From contig OZ024747.1 in NCBI GenBank assembly GCA_964016885.1, forward strand, positions 14,260,001 to 14,324,000: 64,000 nt of DNA, in the 5' to 3' direction. A program made the translations under genes and the position numbers. The DNA is from Eledone cirrhosa. Its lineage: Eukaryota. The notes under the pieces were generated by a model. It saw only the letters and a list, made by a program, of their open reading frames with translations. It did no database searches and was not told the DNA's origin. Position 1 is the stretch's first letter. The number at the start of each line of letters is the position of its first letter. Shown one piece after another: positions 29,190 through 42,581 of the stretch.

Positions 29190-31980
29190 AGAAACACCAC
29201 CTCCACCTTCACCTTCACCACCACCACCACCACCGCCACCACCACCACCACTACCAACCACCACCACCACCACCACCAGCACCACCAGCACAAGTACCAG
29301 CACCAGCACCACCACCATCACCACCAGCACCAGCACCAGCACCACCACCACCACCACTACCAGCACCAGCACCACCAGCACAATTACCAGCACCACCACC
29401 TCCACTATTACCACCACTATCACCACCACCACCTCCACTATTACCACCACCACCACCACCACAATCATCACCACCGCCAACAACGTAACCACTAATCCCA
29501 CCCTCACCAGCAACACGGCACCTTCACAACGATGATGACCAACACCAACACCAACACTACTAATACCACCACTACCATCACCACCACTACCACCAACACC
29601 ACCACCTACATAACTACCCCCACTCCACCCACCACCACCACCACCACTACCACCAACACCACCACCTACATAACTACCCCCACTCCACCCACCACCACCA
29701 CCACCACTACCACCAACACCACCACCTACATAACTACCCCCACTCCACCCACCACCACCACCACCACCACCAATACTTTAGCACCACTATTATTATTTCA
29801 CCGCTACAACAGCAGATCACTATCATAATTATTTCTCACGCTATTAACACCGACTAGTCACCGAGAGAACTTCTGTAAGATCACCTGGCCAGCTAGAAAT
29901 AGCAGCCAAATCTCTCTCGTATTATACTCTTCTTATACATTTGGAATGACGCATTATATAATGTAGTCTTATATGAAGAGTATTTTGAAGAAAATAACGA
30001 TCAATGGTTATGATCTTTGATCTTAGGTTTGCTTGATCAAAGAATACAACAACAACAGCATGAGCTGAGCAGCAGTAGCAACAGCAACAACAATAACAAC
30101 AGCAGCAGTTATAACAATCGCAAGAAAAAGAACACGCAGAAGAAGAAAAAGAAGAAGCAACAACATCATCACCACCACCACCACTACTACCATCACTACC
30201 ACAACCACCACCACCATCACACAACCCACTACCACCACCACCACCACCACCGCCACCATCACCATCACTATCACTACCACAACCACCACCACCACCACCA
30301 CCACCACCACCACCACCACAACCACTACCATCACTACCACCACCACCACCACCACCACCACCAGCACCAACAACAACAACAACACTACCACCACCACCAC
30401 AACCACAACCACCACTACAACCACCACCACACAACCCACCACCACCACCGCCGCCACCATCACCATCACTACCACAACCACCACCATCACTACCACCACC
30501 ACCACCACCACCACCACCATCACCACCATCACGACCACCACCGCCACCATCACCACCATCCCTACCACCACCACCAACACCAACAACAACAACAACACTA
30601 CCAGCACCACCACAACCACCATTACAACCACCACCACACAACCCACCACCACCACCGCCACCACCACCATCACTACCACAACCACCACCATCACTACCAC
30701 CACCACCACCACCATCACCACTATCACTACCACCACCACCACCACCACCACCATCACCACCATCACCACCACCACCACCAACACCAACAACAACAACAAC
30801 ACTACCACCACAACCACCACCACCACCACTACAACCACCACCACCACCACTACAACCACCACCAAACAACCCACCACCACCACCGCCACCATCACCATCA
30901 CTAGCACAACCACCACCATCACTACCACCACCACCACCATCACCACTATCACTACCACCACCACCACCACCACCACCTTCACCACCATCACCACCACCAA
31001 CACCATCACTACCACAACCACCACCATCACCACCACCACCACCAAAACCAACAACAACAACAACACTACCACCACAACCACCACCACCACCATCACCACC
31101 ATCACTACCACCACCACCAACACCAACAACAACAACAACACTACCAGCACCACCACAACCACCACCACTACAACCACCACCACACAACCCACCACCACCA
31201 CCGCCACCATCACCATCACTAGCACAACCACCACCATCACTACCACCACCACCACCACCACGACCAACAACAACACCACACCCAACAACCCCCACAACAA
31301 CAACAACACCATCACTGTATTTCTACCCGCTATAACAGCGAAACTCATCGCTAGAACTGTTGTAAAATAAAATTAATTTTGCGAACCGCTCTGATAAAAT
31401 TATTGCAAATGGTTTGAGAGAGAGAGAGGGAGGGAGAGAGAGAGAAATAGAGAGAGATAGAGAGAGAGGGAGAGAGAGAGAGAGAGAGAAGAGAAAAAGA
31501 TGAGAGAGAGGGGGATAAAAGAAGGAAGAAGGAGAGAGAAATATTTGTATTTATCTCATATTTTTTTTATAATCTCCCTTTCCATCTATTTCCTTTGCTT
31601 TCCATCCTCATCTTCTATTTAATCATTTACAACAACAACAACATCAACAGCAATAATGATAACACTATAATCATATCCATCGCTACCACCACCACCACCA
31701 CCACCATAATACCACCACCATCACCCCGGCCACCACCACCATCACACCACCACCACCACCACCATCACCACCACCACTACCACCATCATGATAACACTAT
31801 AATCATATCCATCGCTACCACCACCACCACCACCACCACCATCATACCACCACCATCATACCACCACCATCACCCCGGCCTCTACCACCATCACACCACC
31901 ACCACTACCACCATCACCACCACCACCATCACCACCACCACCACCACTACCGCCATCACACCCCCAACCCCCACCACTTC
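29190..31980. repeat. (CAC)-rich low-complexity tracts with higher-order units (60-bp x3 at 29581-29770; longer units in 30160-31310)
   Basis: Three near-identical 60-mers are visible. The motifs CACACAACCCACC and CAACAACAACAACACTACC recur. Confidence 0.85.
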
Positions 31981-32398
31981 CAGTTTCGACACACGAACAA
32001 CAAAAAAAAAAAAAACAGGAGCAAAATGAGAAATATCATATCCAAACGGCAAACCACATGGTTTCAGGGGGAAATAAACTATTAAATCACGGCAGGTTTT
32101 AGAGGGGGTATTAGAGTGAGATTTACTTGAAAGCGATGTAGGAGTCCCAATTTTAATTTCCTAAGAAAAAAAAATCATGCTTTTACGACTCTATAAATAT
32201 GTTCTGTTAAGGTGGCAAATTTTCAGAATCGTTGCAATATGAGAATGTTTTTTTGTCACAATTGTTATCTCCCTTTGCTTTCTGAGCTCTAATAGAGCCG
32301 TAGTCACTTTACCTTACATCCATTCGAGGATGACAAATAAACTGCGCCCAATTCATTCTTGTAATTTTCTTCGTGGAGGAAAATAATAATAATAGAAA

Positions 32399-33036
32399 TA
32401 ATTGTTTCTACTTTAGGTACAAGGCCAGCAATTAACCAGTGCATTACTGGTACTTTATTTTATCGACCCCGTAAGGATGAAAGGCAAAGTCAACCTCGGT
32501 GGGATTTGAACTCAGATCGTAAAGGGACGTAACTCTGCTGGAAAGCATGGCGTCCGACCCTCTACCGATACTGCCAATCCACCATCATCATAATAATAGT
32601 AATACTGGTTTCTTATATAGGCACAAGGCCAGCAATTCTGGGGGAGGGGAAAGTCGATTAAATCGACTCCAGTGCGTGACTGGTACTTTAATTTATCGAC
32701 CCCGTAGGGATGAAAGGCAAAGTTAACCTCCGCGGGATTTGAACTCAGATCATAAAGGGCCGCACCTCTATTCTGCAAAGCATGGCGTCCGACCCTCTAT
32801 CGATACCGCCAATCTACCACCCTTAATAATAATAATCATAACTGTTTAAGATTTAGGCACAAGGCTAATAACCTTTTGGGGAGGGGAAAGTCGATTAAAA
32901 CGACCCCAGTGGGTTTCTGGTATTTTATTTTATCGACCCTGTAAGGGTGAAAGGCTAAGCTGAACTCGGCGGGATTTGAACTCAGAACGTTTCTGATCGC
33001 AACTGGACCCAGTAACAATTCTGTCAATTCACCGCC
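32399..33036 (-). mobile_element. Head-to-tail array of three SINE copies
   Basis: Same family as 1-657, separated by (AAT)n spacers. Confidence 0.9.
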
Positions 33037-33063
33037 CTAATAAAGATGATTTCTTAATAATGA

Positions 33064-33410
33064 TTTCTTTATTAATGACACAGGGCTCACATTAAGAACA
33101 CTTTAAGGACGGTACTGGATGGTGCAAACTGATTCTGTGCGGGATTTGCGTGTAAAAAATATGGCAACTTGTCTCACTCCTGGGAAAAATTAACAAAGAA
33201 TCACGGTTGCCGTGACAGCTAGGAAAACATACTCTTCCCGTTTGTCCTCCTCTAATCAACAGAGGTGTATTCAGAGCATGCTTGTTCACTCTGACCATGC
33301 TCGCCATTCTTACCCACCTTTCAACAAACTGTTTGGAAATTACCACTTCCCTCTGATTGTCCTCTTCAAATGAAATTTGAAAAAAGATAATCAGAGCTTC
33401 AACGAAAAAG
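33064..33410 (-). mobile_element. 5'-truncated, diverged 3' end of a Tx1-family LINE
   Basis: EVVISKQFVERWVRMASMVRVN aligns with EVLSSQHFVERWVREARMARVN at the end of ORF2 (~17190-17260). It ends in AATAAAGAAATC followed by ATTATT. Confidence 0.8.
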
Positions 33411-33582
33411 CAAGTGCCAGTTCCACCTTGCATACAAACTATAAAATATACTCGCTCAAATCCATGCATATTAAATTTATACCTAATTTTATGCAGAATA
33501 TAAAATTTATTTCGACCTATACAGAACCAATATGGTTGAAGTAAACCTTACATATTCGTAAACACATTAATTAATCCACCAA

Positions 33583-33772
33583 CGGCGGTGAATTGGCAGT
33601 ATCTGTAGAGGGTCAGATGTCATGCTTTGACGCAAAGAGTTACGGCCCTTGCCATTCTGAGTTCCAATCCCGCCGCGTTAACTTTGCCTTTCATCCTTAC
33701 GGGGTCGATAAAATAAAGTACCAGTAATGTACTGGGTATTTGCTGGCTTTGTGCCAAAAGTAGAAACAATTA
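33583..33772 (+). mobile_element. SINE copy (short variant)
   Basis: Full head-body-tail match to the family at 1-657. Confidence 0.9.
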
Positions 33773-34032
33773 ATTAATCCACCTCATAAGGAGATAGATA
33801 CTTTTTAGTCACGGCTGACAAACTCGTACCTAGGTGATGTTAGACACTTACAAGAGAACATCACTACATTTATGTATCGCTATGATTATATTACAGGGCA
33901 TATATACTCGCGCTGTGTGCTAGCAGTAAAACCAGACGGGCAAAAAGAACGCGGAAACCAACCGCTCACTGTCTTGTGGGAATCTTTATATTGAAGAGAC
34001 TCCTTAAGATAAAACATCATCCCTCTCTCTCT

Positions 34033-34071
<39 letters not shown>

Positions 34072-34155
34072 AAAAGGTAAACAGAAATAACAACACAATC
34101 GGTACAGTATATGACAGCAATATGTTAGGTTAACGCTTGAAATACCAGGAAGAGG

Positions 34156-34194
34156 GTCTTAACGTTTCGGAGGCTAGCCCTTCATCAGAAGAAC
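34156..34194 (-). ncRNA. Minimal type I hammerhead ribozyme (Penelope-like)
   Basis: Minus strand reads tctt CTGATGA agggctagcctcc GAAA C GTT aaga. Stem I is TCTT/AAGA and stem III is the palindrome AACGTT. Confidence 0.65.
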
Positions 34195-34455
34195 GAATGA
34201 GAAATTTGAAAGATTGAAGGGACAAGCGGGGTGGAATTGGAATATGTATATACATATCGACAGTCGATCGACTTCCGTCGAATCGCTTTCCAATAGCTAA
34301 TACTACGTATTGGTTGCAACTCCAGGTAGAAGAAGCAATAAGAAATAAAGTGTCGACATAACGCATTACCTGGTCGAGGAATCGAACTCACAACCTCACG
34401 ATTGCGAATCCAATTCTCTCACCACTCAGCCACGTGCCATATGTATATATATACA

Positions 34456-34911
<456 letters not shown>

Positions 34912-35108
34912 TTATAAAATGCTCGGACCTACTCGTTAGAATCTTAGAGCTTATTTTGCGGGTGATATGGCGCATGTCTTTCTGGCATGGCACTCATAAT
35001 TTTGATTTAGATTAAATTCATTTGATTTATCTTAATTTTGGATATATATATATATTTGTATATATATAAAAAAGAAATGTCAATCTACATGGTTGAATAC
35101 AATAAATG

Positions 35109-35261
35109 TAATCTGAGTTTTTCGAATATTAATAATAATATTCGATTCGAACACAAGAGCAGAAATGAAGGGATCATTCTACTGACATGGCTTTAAAAAT
35201 GAGACTTGTTTGCATAATTGCAAACGAATCGAATATTATTATTAATATTCGAAAAACTCAG

Positions 35262-35265
<4 letters not shown>
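35109..35265. repeat. 41-bp inverted repeat with ~75-bp spacer abutting (TA)n
   Basis: TAATCTGAGTTTTTCGAATATTAATAATAATATTCGATTCG and its reverse complement at 35225-35265. Confidence 0.85.
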
Positions 35266-35296
<31 letters not shown>

Positions 35297-36396
35297 TAAT
35301 AAAAACAATGAATAAAAACAAAGTTACAGTTCCTTATATTAAAAAATTCATCATTTTACGATCGTTTCAGAATATTATTTATGTGTAGGTATGTATATTT
35401 CCTCTGATAGTTTGTAACATTTTTACATAGATCTATATGATATGCATACCAACACACACATATATATCCTAAAAACGATCGTAAAATGATGAATTTTTCA
35501 ATATAAGGAACTGTTTCTTTCTTTTTATTCATTGTTTTGATTAATTTATCTTGACTCTGTTTTCCTGTGATTTTCATCGAAAACATGTTTGAATACATCT
35601 TCTCTTTTCGTGATATTTGGATTACATTGAGTTCTTCATACGGATTGGACACTACCGTATATTTTGGTAGATTTATCTACATATATATATATATATACAC
35701 ATACACACATATACATATGGATATATACCGCGTAAACACGCGCATACACACACATATATATAGTGCGATATCAACATGTTAATTATTTGATATGAGGTCT
35801 CTTCAAAGTTAGGTGCACAAACAATAATAATAATAATAATACTAATAATAATGATAACAATAATAATAATAACAATAATAATAATAATAGTTGATGGTGA
35901 TAAAGGAAATAAGAAGAATAACTATAATAGTAATATAAATATTTTTAATAATGCCGTGTTTGTACACACTTTTAACACGGAAGATCTTTATGATGACAAC
36001 TACAACTTTCAACTTTATATTGCCACTTTGACAAGATGAGCTTCAAAATAGAGAATTAAAAACAAACACATATAACGACAACAACAACAACAACAATAAC
36101 ACAGATAATACACACACAAAAAAAAAAACTATCAACAACGACATCATATTAGCAAACAAGTCCTCTAATCAATAAGAATTTACAATAATATAAATAACAA
36201 GGGTGTCATTCGTGATGATAAGAGTAAATAGTATTGAAGAAAAATGACATACAAGATGGAGCTTTTAAACAAAAATTCCTTTTTCCCCTCTCCTTACATC
36301 CATTTTGTTTTCTTCATATATATTTACCTTTCACTCCCCTCCACCACATCTCTTCGTCACGGCTATACATACTCTGCACGGATGTCAACTCAAATG

Positions 36397-36502
<106 letters not shown>

Positions 36503-36550
36503 CGTATATACACACACAGATACATATATATGTGTGAAGATATGTATATG

Positions 36551-36590
<40 letters not shown>

Positions 36591-37343
36591 CTATATAAAT
36601 ATTCATACGCACACATATACATAGGTTTTGCTAATACATGCGATAAAATCACACGCAAATATGCGTGTGTATATTTAATCAACTTTCGCGCTCGCATACA
36701 CACATACAGAATCAAACATACACATACACCTATTCATTCATTCTTCATGTGTAAATAAATGAGTAGTAGATTGATGCTTAGGAACACATACATATCCACT
36801 GTTCTATTGTGTAAAGACACATTAGCATATTTTTATGAGTTAATACACAAATTAGGTTTTTAAAATCTCTGAATTTCTTTCAGAGGAATAGAAAAAAAAT
36901 GGCGACGTTTCTTGTTTTTTTTCGTTTCTGAATGACCCTCTATCTCTCTCACTCTCAACCTCTCATGCTCTTTCAATCTATCTCTCTTTCTCGCTTCATA
37001 ATGATCTTTAATTAATCTAAGCATAAAACACTGAGTCACCCGCAGCTTTTTGCATGATGTTATAACAAGAATTTCTTGTGCATTTCTTCAAAATTCATTA
37101 CATTTACTGGCCAAAAGCCACTTCTTGTCAAAGAGTTTTATGAAATATTTGCATGTTCCATACGTTTGTATGTTCATATCGTATTTTTTTAATTCTTAGT
37201 TTACCAGTGTTGCTTGTTTGCGTCATTACTTGCTATACTATGTCCTCATGTTTGTTATACGTGTGTATGTATATATGTATGTATGTATGAATATGTATGT
37301 ATATATGTGTGTATGTACATATGTATGTATGCATGTATGTATT

Positions 37344-37378
<35 letters not shown>

Positions 37379-37488
37379 ATGTGAGTGTAGGTATGTATGC
37401 ATATAAGCATGTATGTATGCGTATATGTATGTATAAGCATTATATATATATATATATTTACATATACAATACAAACACACATATACAA

Positions 37489-37533
<45 letters not shown>

Positions 37534-37701
37534 CGTATATATATATATATATACATATATATATGTTTGTATATAGATTGAATACTCACACACAGTGTGT
37601 TTATATACATCAGATTTAGTGTGGTCGTGTGCATTATAAAAAATGAAAGTTACAATTAGTATGTATAAATAAATTGTGCGTCAGTACACATCCTCCACTA
37701 G

Positions 37702-37773
<72 letters not shown>

Positions 37774-37821
37774 CACCACCACCACCACTCTATCATTTAA
37801 GTGATCGCATAATTATTGAAA

Positions 37822-38110
37822 ATAATTGTTTCTACTTTTAGCACAAGGCCAGCAATTCCCAGTGCATTACTGGTACTTTATATTATCGACCCCGTAAGGA
37901 TGAAAGGCAAAGTTAACCTCGGCGGGATTTGAACTCAGAATGGCAAGGGTTAACTTTGCCTTTCATCCTTACGGGGTCGATAAAATAAAGTACCAGTAAT
38001 GCACTGGGTAATTATAATGTATCATTATAATGTATCATTATAATGTATCATTGATAATAATTGTTTCTATTTTAGGCACAAGGCCAGCAATTACCCAGTA
38101 CATAATGGTA
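37822..38110. mobile_element. Rearranged SINE: minus copy folded back into a plus copy, then a 13-bp x3 repeat and another SINE tail
   Basis: CCCAGTGCATTAC..GTTAACC / GGTTAAC..GTAATGCACTGGG, followed by ATTATAATGTATC x3. Confidence 0.85.
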
Positions 38111-38187
38111 CATTATAATTTTAATGATAATAATCATTATTATTATTATCCTTATTATTATTATTATTATTATTATTGTTATTGTTA

Positions 38188-38416
38188 TTCCTTGAATCTC
38201 AGTCATTGATGTTGGTTAACTGGAAAGTCCGTTGGATTGAATATCAAGCCACTACCTGCAGCCTCAGATATTCAGGACGTATCGGAGGGTTCTTGCCGTT
38301 CCAAGCAAGCATGCCTTTTGAAGCGTTCCAAAAAGCGTGAAGGGGCCGATTTTCTTTAACCATCCCTGGAAACCTTTGGAGATAGTCCCCAGTGCGCCTA
38401 TGACAATCGGGATCAC
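38188..38416 (-). mobile_element. 3' end of an RLE-type (R4/Dong-like) non-LTR retrotransposon in (TAA)n
   Basis: 38416-38264 translates VIPIVIGALGTISKGFQGWLKKIGPFTLFGTLQKACLLGTARTLRYVLNI*, the PIVIGALG..LQK..LLGT C-terminus of restriction-like endonuclease ORFs. (TAA)n lies on both sides. Confidence 0.8.
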
Positions 38417-38458
<42 letters not shown>

Positions 38459-39019
38459 GATTATTATTATATTATTATGATTATACTAGTATAGTCGTTA
38501 CTATAAATGTATTCTACCATTTTATTTGTTGTTTTATACTGCCCCCTTCTCTTCCATACAATATTTTCTGTTTGTCTGGTTGTTGGTTTGTCTGTTTGTT
38601 GGTTTGTTTGTTTTGTTTGTTGGTATATTTGTTTGTGTTTACTTCAGATATAACAAGTACTCGCACAAACATAATCCTTTACTTTCTTTAGTATAGTTTT
38701 CCGCGTGTTTAGAAGATTAGAATTTGAGTAGCGATAGAGAGAAATGACAAGAGGCAAAGAGCACATGAAATGCGTGTGATAAAGCTTGATAGAAAAAGCA
38801 AACGTAGAGGCCAGTAACAATAGTGATAGAAAGTGTAAAAAGGAAAAGGGGAAATGTGGTGTAAGTGTTTAAGAGTAAAGAAGAAGAAGAGGTCTAAGAG
38901 TGCGGTGAAATTTCAAGAAGAAAGAAGGAATAATTTGATAAAAAGTATTAGATGAAATGAATGAACATTTCAACAGAAAAGTGAGAAATGTTATCAATAA
39001 TAGCAAAAACAAGAAAATG

Positions 39020-39977
39020 TGTTGGTGGCGGTGTTGTTGTTGGTGTTGGTGTTGGTGTTGGTGTTGGTGCTGGTGTTAGTGTTGGTGGCGGTGTTGATGT
39101 TGGTGTTGATGTTGGTGTTGATGTTGTTGTTGTTGTTGGTGTTGTTGGTTTTGGTGTTGGTGTTGGTGTTGATGTTGGTGTTGGTGTTGGTGTTGATGTT
39201 GTTGTTGTTGTTGGTGGTGTTGTTGTTGGTTTTGGTGTTGGTGTTGGTGTTGATGTTGGTGTTGGTGTTGGTGTTGCTGTTGTTGTTGTTGTTGGTGGTG
39301 TTGTTGTTGGTTTTGGTGTTGGTGTTGATGTTGGTGTTGGTGTTGGTGTTGATGTTGTTGTTGTTGTTGGTGGTGTTGCTGGTGTTAGTGTTGGTGGTGC
39401 TGTTGATGTTGGTGTTGATGTTGATGTTGGTGTTGGTGTTGTTGTTGGTGTTGTTGTTGGTGTTGGTATTAGTGCTGGTGTTAGTGTTGGTGGTGCTGTT
39501 GATGTTGGTATTGATGTTGGTGTTGTTGTCGTTGTTGTTGTTGTTGGTGTTGTTGTTGTTGTTGGTGTTGGTGTTGATGTTGGTGAAGGTGTTGGTGTTG
39601 GTGGTGCTGTTGTTGTTGGTGTTGATGTTGGTGTTGTTGTCGTTGTTGTTGTTGGTGTTGTTGTTGTTGTTGTTGGTGTTGGTGTTGTTGTTGTTGGTGT
39701 TGGTGTTGGTGTTGGTGTTGATGTTGGTGAAGGTGTTGGTGTTGGTGTTGTTGTCGTTGTTGTTGTTGTTGGTGTTGTTGTTGTTGGTGCTGGTGTTGGT
39801 GTTGGTGTTGATGTTGGTGAAGGTGTTGGTGTTGGTGTTGGTGTTGTTGTTGGTGTTGTTGTTGTTGGTGTTGTTGTTGTTGTTGTTGGTGTTGGTGTTG
39901 ATGTTGGTGAAGGTGTTGGTGTTGGTGTTGGTGTTGTTGTTGGTGTTGTTGTTGGGGTTGGTGCTGGTGTTGGTGTT

Positions 39978-39980
<3 letters not shown>
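39020..39980. repeat. (GTT/GGT)n low-complexity tract with higher-order units
   Basis: Read directly; GATGTTGGTGAAGGT recurs. Confidence 0.9.
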
Positions 39981-40050
<70 letters not shown>

Positions 40051-40056
40051 TATATA

Positions 40057-40313
40057 TAGAAGTGGTTACACAACAGTTAGTTCACCATACCGAGAACAAT
40101 TGTTTCACCTTAGCGGATCCTCACCTCTTAATGGACATGGTTATACGGAACAGGCCTGTTCCGTATAACCATGTCCATTACGAGCTGAGGATCCGCTAAG
40201 GTGAAACAATTGTTCTCGGTATGGTGAACTAACTGTTGTGTAACCACTTCTACCTAACTCGTCCCATGGACTGAGTGCTCTACTACTACGGATATTACCT
40301 TCCCGTGTTCTAC

Positions 40314-40317
<4 letters not shown>
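40057..40317. mobile_element. 196-bp spacerless palindrome plus unique tail in (TA)n
   Basis: 40057-40154 is the reverse complement of 40155-40252 with 2 mismatches. A second copy lies at 10439. Confidence 0.9.
40175..40224 (+). ncRNA. Type I hammerhead ribozyme
   Basis: ccattacgag CTGAGGA tccgctaaggt GAAA CAATTG TT ctcggtatgg. Stem I is imperfect with GAG/CTC at the core, stem II is CC/GG, and stem III is the palindromic CAATTG. Confidence 0.65.
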
Positions 40318-40353
<36 letters not shown>

Positions 40354-40436
40354 ATAATAATAAAATTGAAGACTAAAATCCAAAGAGGGCTCGATAAGGA
40401 AAATATATATCAAATATATAAGAACCGTAGAGCAAA

Positions 40437-40565
40437 TATTTATTTAAATAACAGATTAAAGTTTAAGCAAAGAATCGCTGCTTTCACCCTTAACAGTTTC
40501 AGAAGATCCCGTTAAGGGTAAAAGCAGCGATTCTTTGCTTAAACTTTAATCTGTTATTTTAATAA

Positions 40566-40568
<3 letters not shown>
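40437..40568. repeat. 58-bp-arm foldback with degenerate hammerhead-like core
   Basis: Arms are 40437-40494 and 40511-40568. The core reads CAGAAGA tccc-gttaa-ggg t(G/A)AAA. Confidence 0.75.
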
Positions 40569-40602
<34 letters not shown>

Positions 40603-41429
40603 AAGGTGTCGCTTAGCAATAGGTACTCTTCCGAAAGTTAGAATTTTGCTGCTCCCACCACCTAATCCTGTTTCAATTAATAAAACCATGGGGTGTGTAA
40701 AATTTCTTTCAACCGGACAACTGTTAGGCGACCCTCAAACGCCTTGAAGTTGGAACATAGTATACGCAACGATTAATTCTGTTCAAAAGCAGTATACTGT
40801 TTTCTATCGCAACCATTTTCTTTTTTCTTCTCAGAGAAATTTATGTGGACACATCCAGGCAACCCCAGCAAATGTTTAAAAACGTTCTGAATCAAATTTA
40901 CTAATAGCAAATTTGAAAAATTCCTGAAATAACATGAAAAACTTAAGAAATATTAGGTTTTCTTAATAAAGCACACAACCTCTCTAAGAGAAACGCATTT
41001 TTATTTACAACAATAATTTCTATAGAATCAAAATCATAATGTGAACACTGAATATTGAACATTATTTCTGCATAAGAGAGGATTTAGTGGCAGTTGGGGA
41101 TGTTTTACGGTTTTTGATAACGATCTGTATAACACATTGTTTCTCAGTTTCATCTTTCGTGAGAAAGTTATTTTAATCCTGAATCAGTTTGATGCCACTT
41201 TCTGCAACATCATTCACAACAACTGTCTTCTCAAGTTTTTCAAGTCCACTTTTGTAACCGGGATCACCCTTTCATGTTGAAGGGTCTTTGTCGAGGAAAT
41301 CGGTGCTGATAGAAAATCTCATGAGTTACAAAAGACGAAAACACGAAGTTTATAAAGGAAGAAAAGTCATTTCAGTTGATTTTTCTTCTTCTTTCTCTGC
41401 CTCCAGCATAACTTGAGCCTTAACCTCTC

Positions 41430-41930
41430 CTTGATCTCCTTGCTCTCCTTTCTTCATTACTCTCCTTGCTTTCCTTTCCTCATTACTCTCCTTGCTCTCA
41501 TTTCCTAATTACTCTCCTTGCTCTCCTTACTCTCCTTGCACTCCTTGCTCTCCTTTTCTCCTTGCTCTCCTTTTCTCATTGCTCTCCATGCTCTCCTTGC
41601 TCTCCTTTTCTCATTGCATCCTTACTCTCCTTTTCTTATTACTCTCCTTGCTCTACTTTTCTCCTTGCTCTCCTTTCCTCATTGCTCTCCTTGCTCACCT
41701 TTTCTCCTCGTTCTCCTTGCTCTCATTGCTCTCATTGCTTTCCATGCTCTGCTCGCTCTCCTTTCCTCATTGTTCTCCTTGCTCTCCTTTTCTCCTTCTC
41801 TCCTTGCTCTCATTTTCTCATTGCTCTCCTTGCTCTCCTTTTCTGATTGCTCACCATGATATCCTTGCTCTCATTTTCTCATTGTCTTCTTGCTCCCCGT
41901 TTCTCCTTACTCTCCTTTTCTCCTTGTATC
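41430..41930. repeat. Degenerate (CTCTCCTTG)n 9-mer pyrimidine-rich repeat
   Basis: Read directly from the sequence. Confidence 0.85.
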
Positions 41931-42006
41931 TATGTACTTGTTTCTACACAAATACAATGGGAAAAGGGGAGCAAGGAGAAATATAAAAGCAAATATAGTA
42001 AGTAGA

Positions 42007-42134
<128 letters not shown>

Positions 42135-42138
42135 ACGC

Positions 42139-42230
<92 letters not shown>

Positions 42231-42258
42231 GGTTGGCTGCACAAAAAGGGTTTTATTT

Positions 42259-42357
42259 ACAGTATTAACAATTGTTTCATTGATCAGGTGAGTCTAAAGG
42301 CTGCTAATCACTTGCCTTTTAGACTCACCTGATCAATGAAACAATTATTAATACTGT
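42259..42357. repeat. 42-bp-arm foldback
   Basis: ACAGTATTAACAATTGTTTCATTGATCAGGTGAGTCTAAAGG and its near reverse complement. It contains GAAACAATT(G)TT. Confidence 0.85.
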
Positions 42358-42581
42358 TTACAGAGCCGACCATGTTATTCTTCACTCTTTCACTACTATT
42401 ACCCCAAGAATGATGTGCATGGGAATTCTCACAAACTCGCTCCCTAACAAAGTAAACCTCTTGTTGAGTCAAACAACGCCGTACGTTAAAAATATCCATA
42501 GTACAGATTAATCACAACCTCTAACTGGATTACCTAAAACGATAACTTGTTATCCCTTATATATATATATATATATATATA

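Noticed and set aside
29922-31348. Gly/Cys-rich 457-aa and His-rich 295-aa ORFs resembling structural proteins
   Set aside because: All frames are open because (CAC)n lacks stop codons. There are no convincing splice signals or unique flanking coding sequence, though coding cannot be fully excluded.
41060-41330. Possible Tc1-like transposase remnant on the minus strand
   Set aside because: Only vague resemblance (VDLKNLRRQL); no DDE motif or continuous frame.
42300-42357. Hammerhead in the 42259 foldback (CTGATCA at GAAACAATT)
   Set aside because: It shares the GAAACAATTGTT stem III motif but lacks a proper CUGANGA and stem II.
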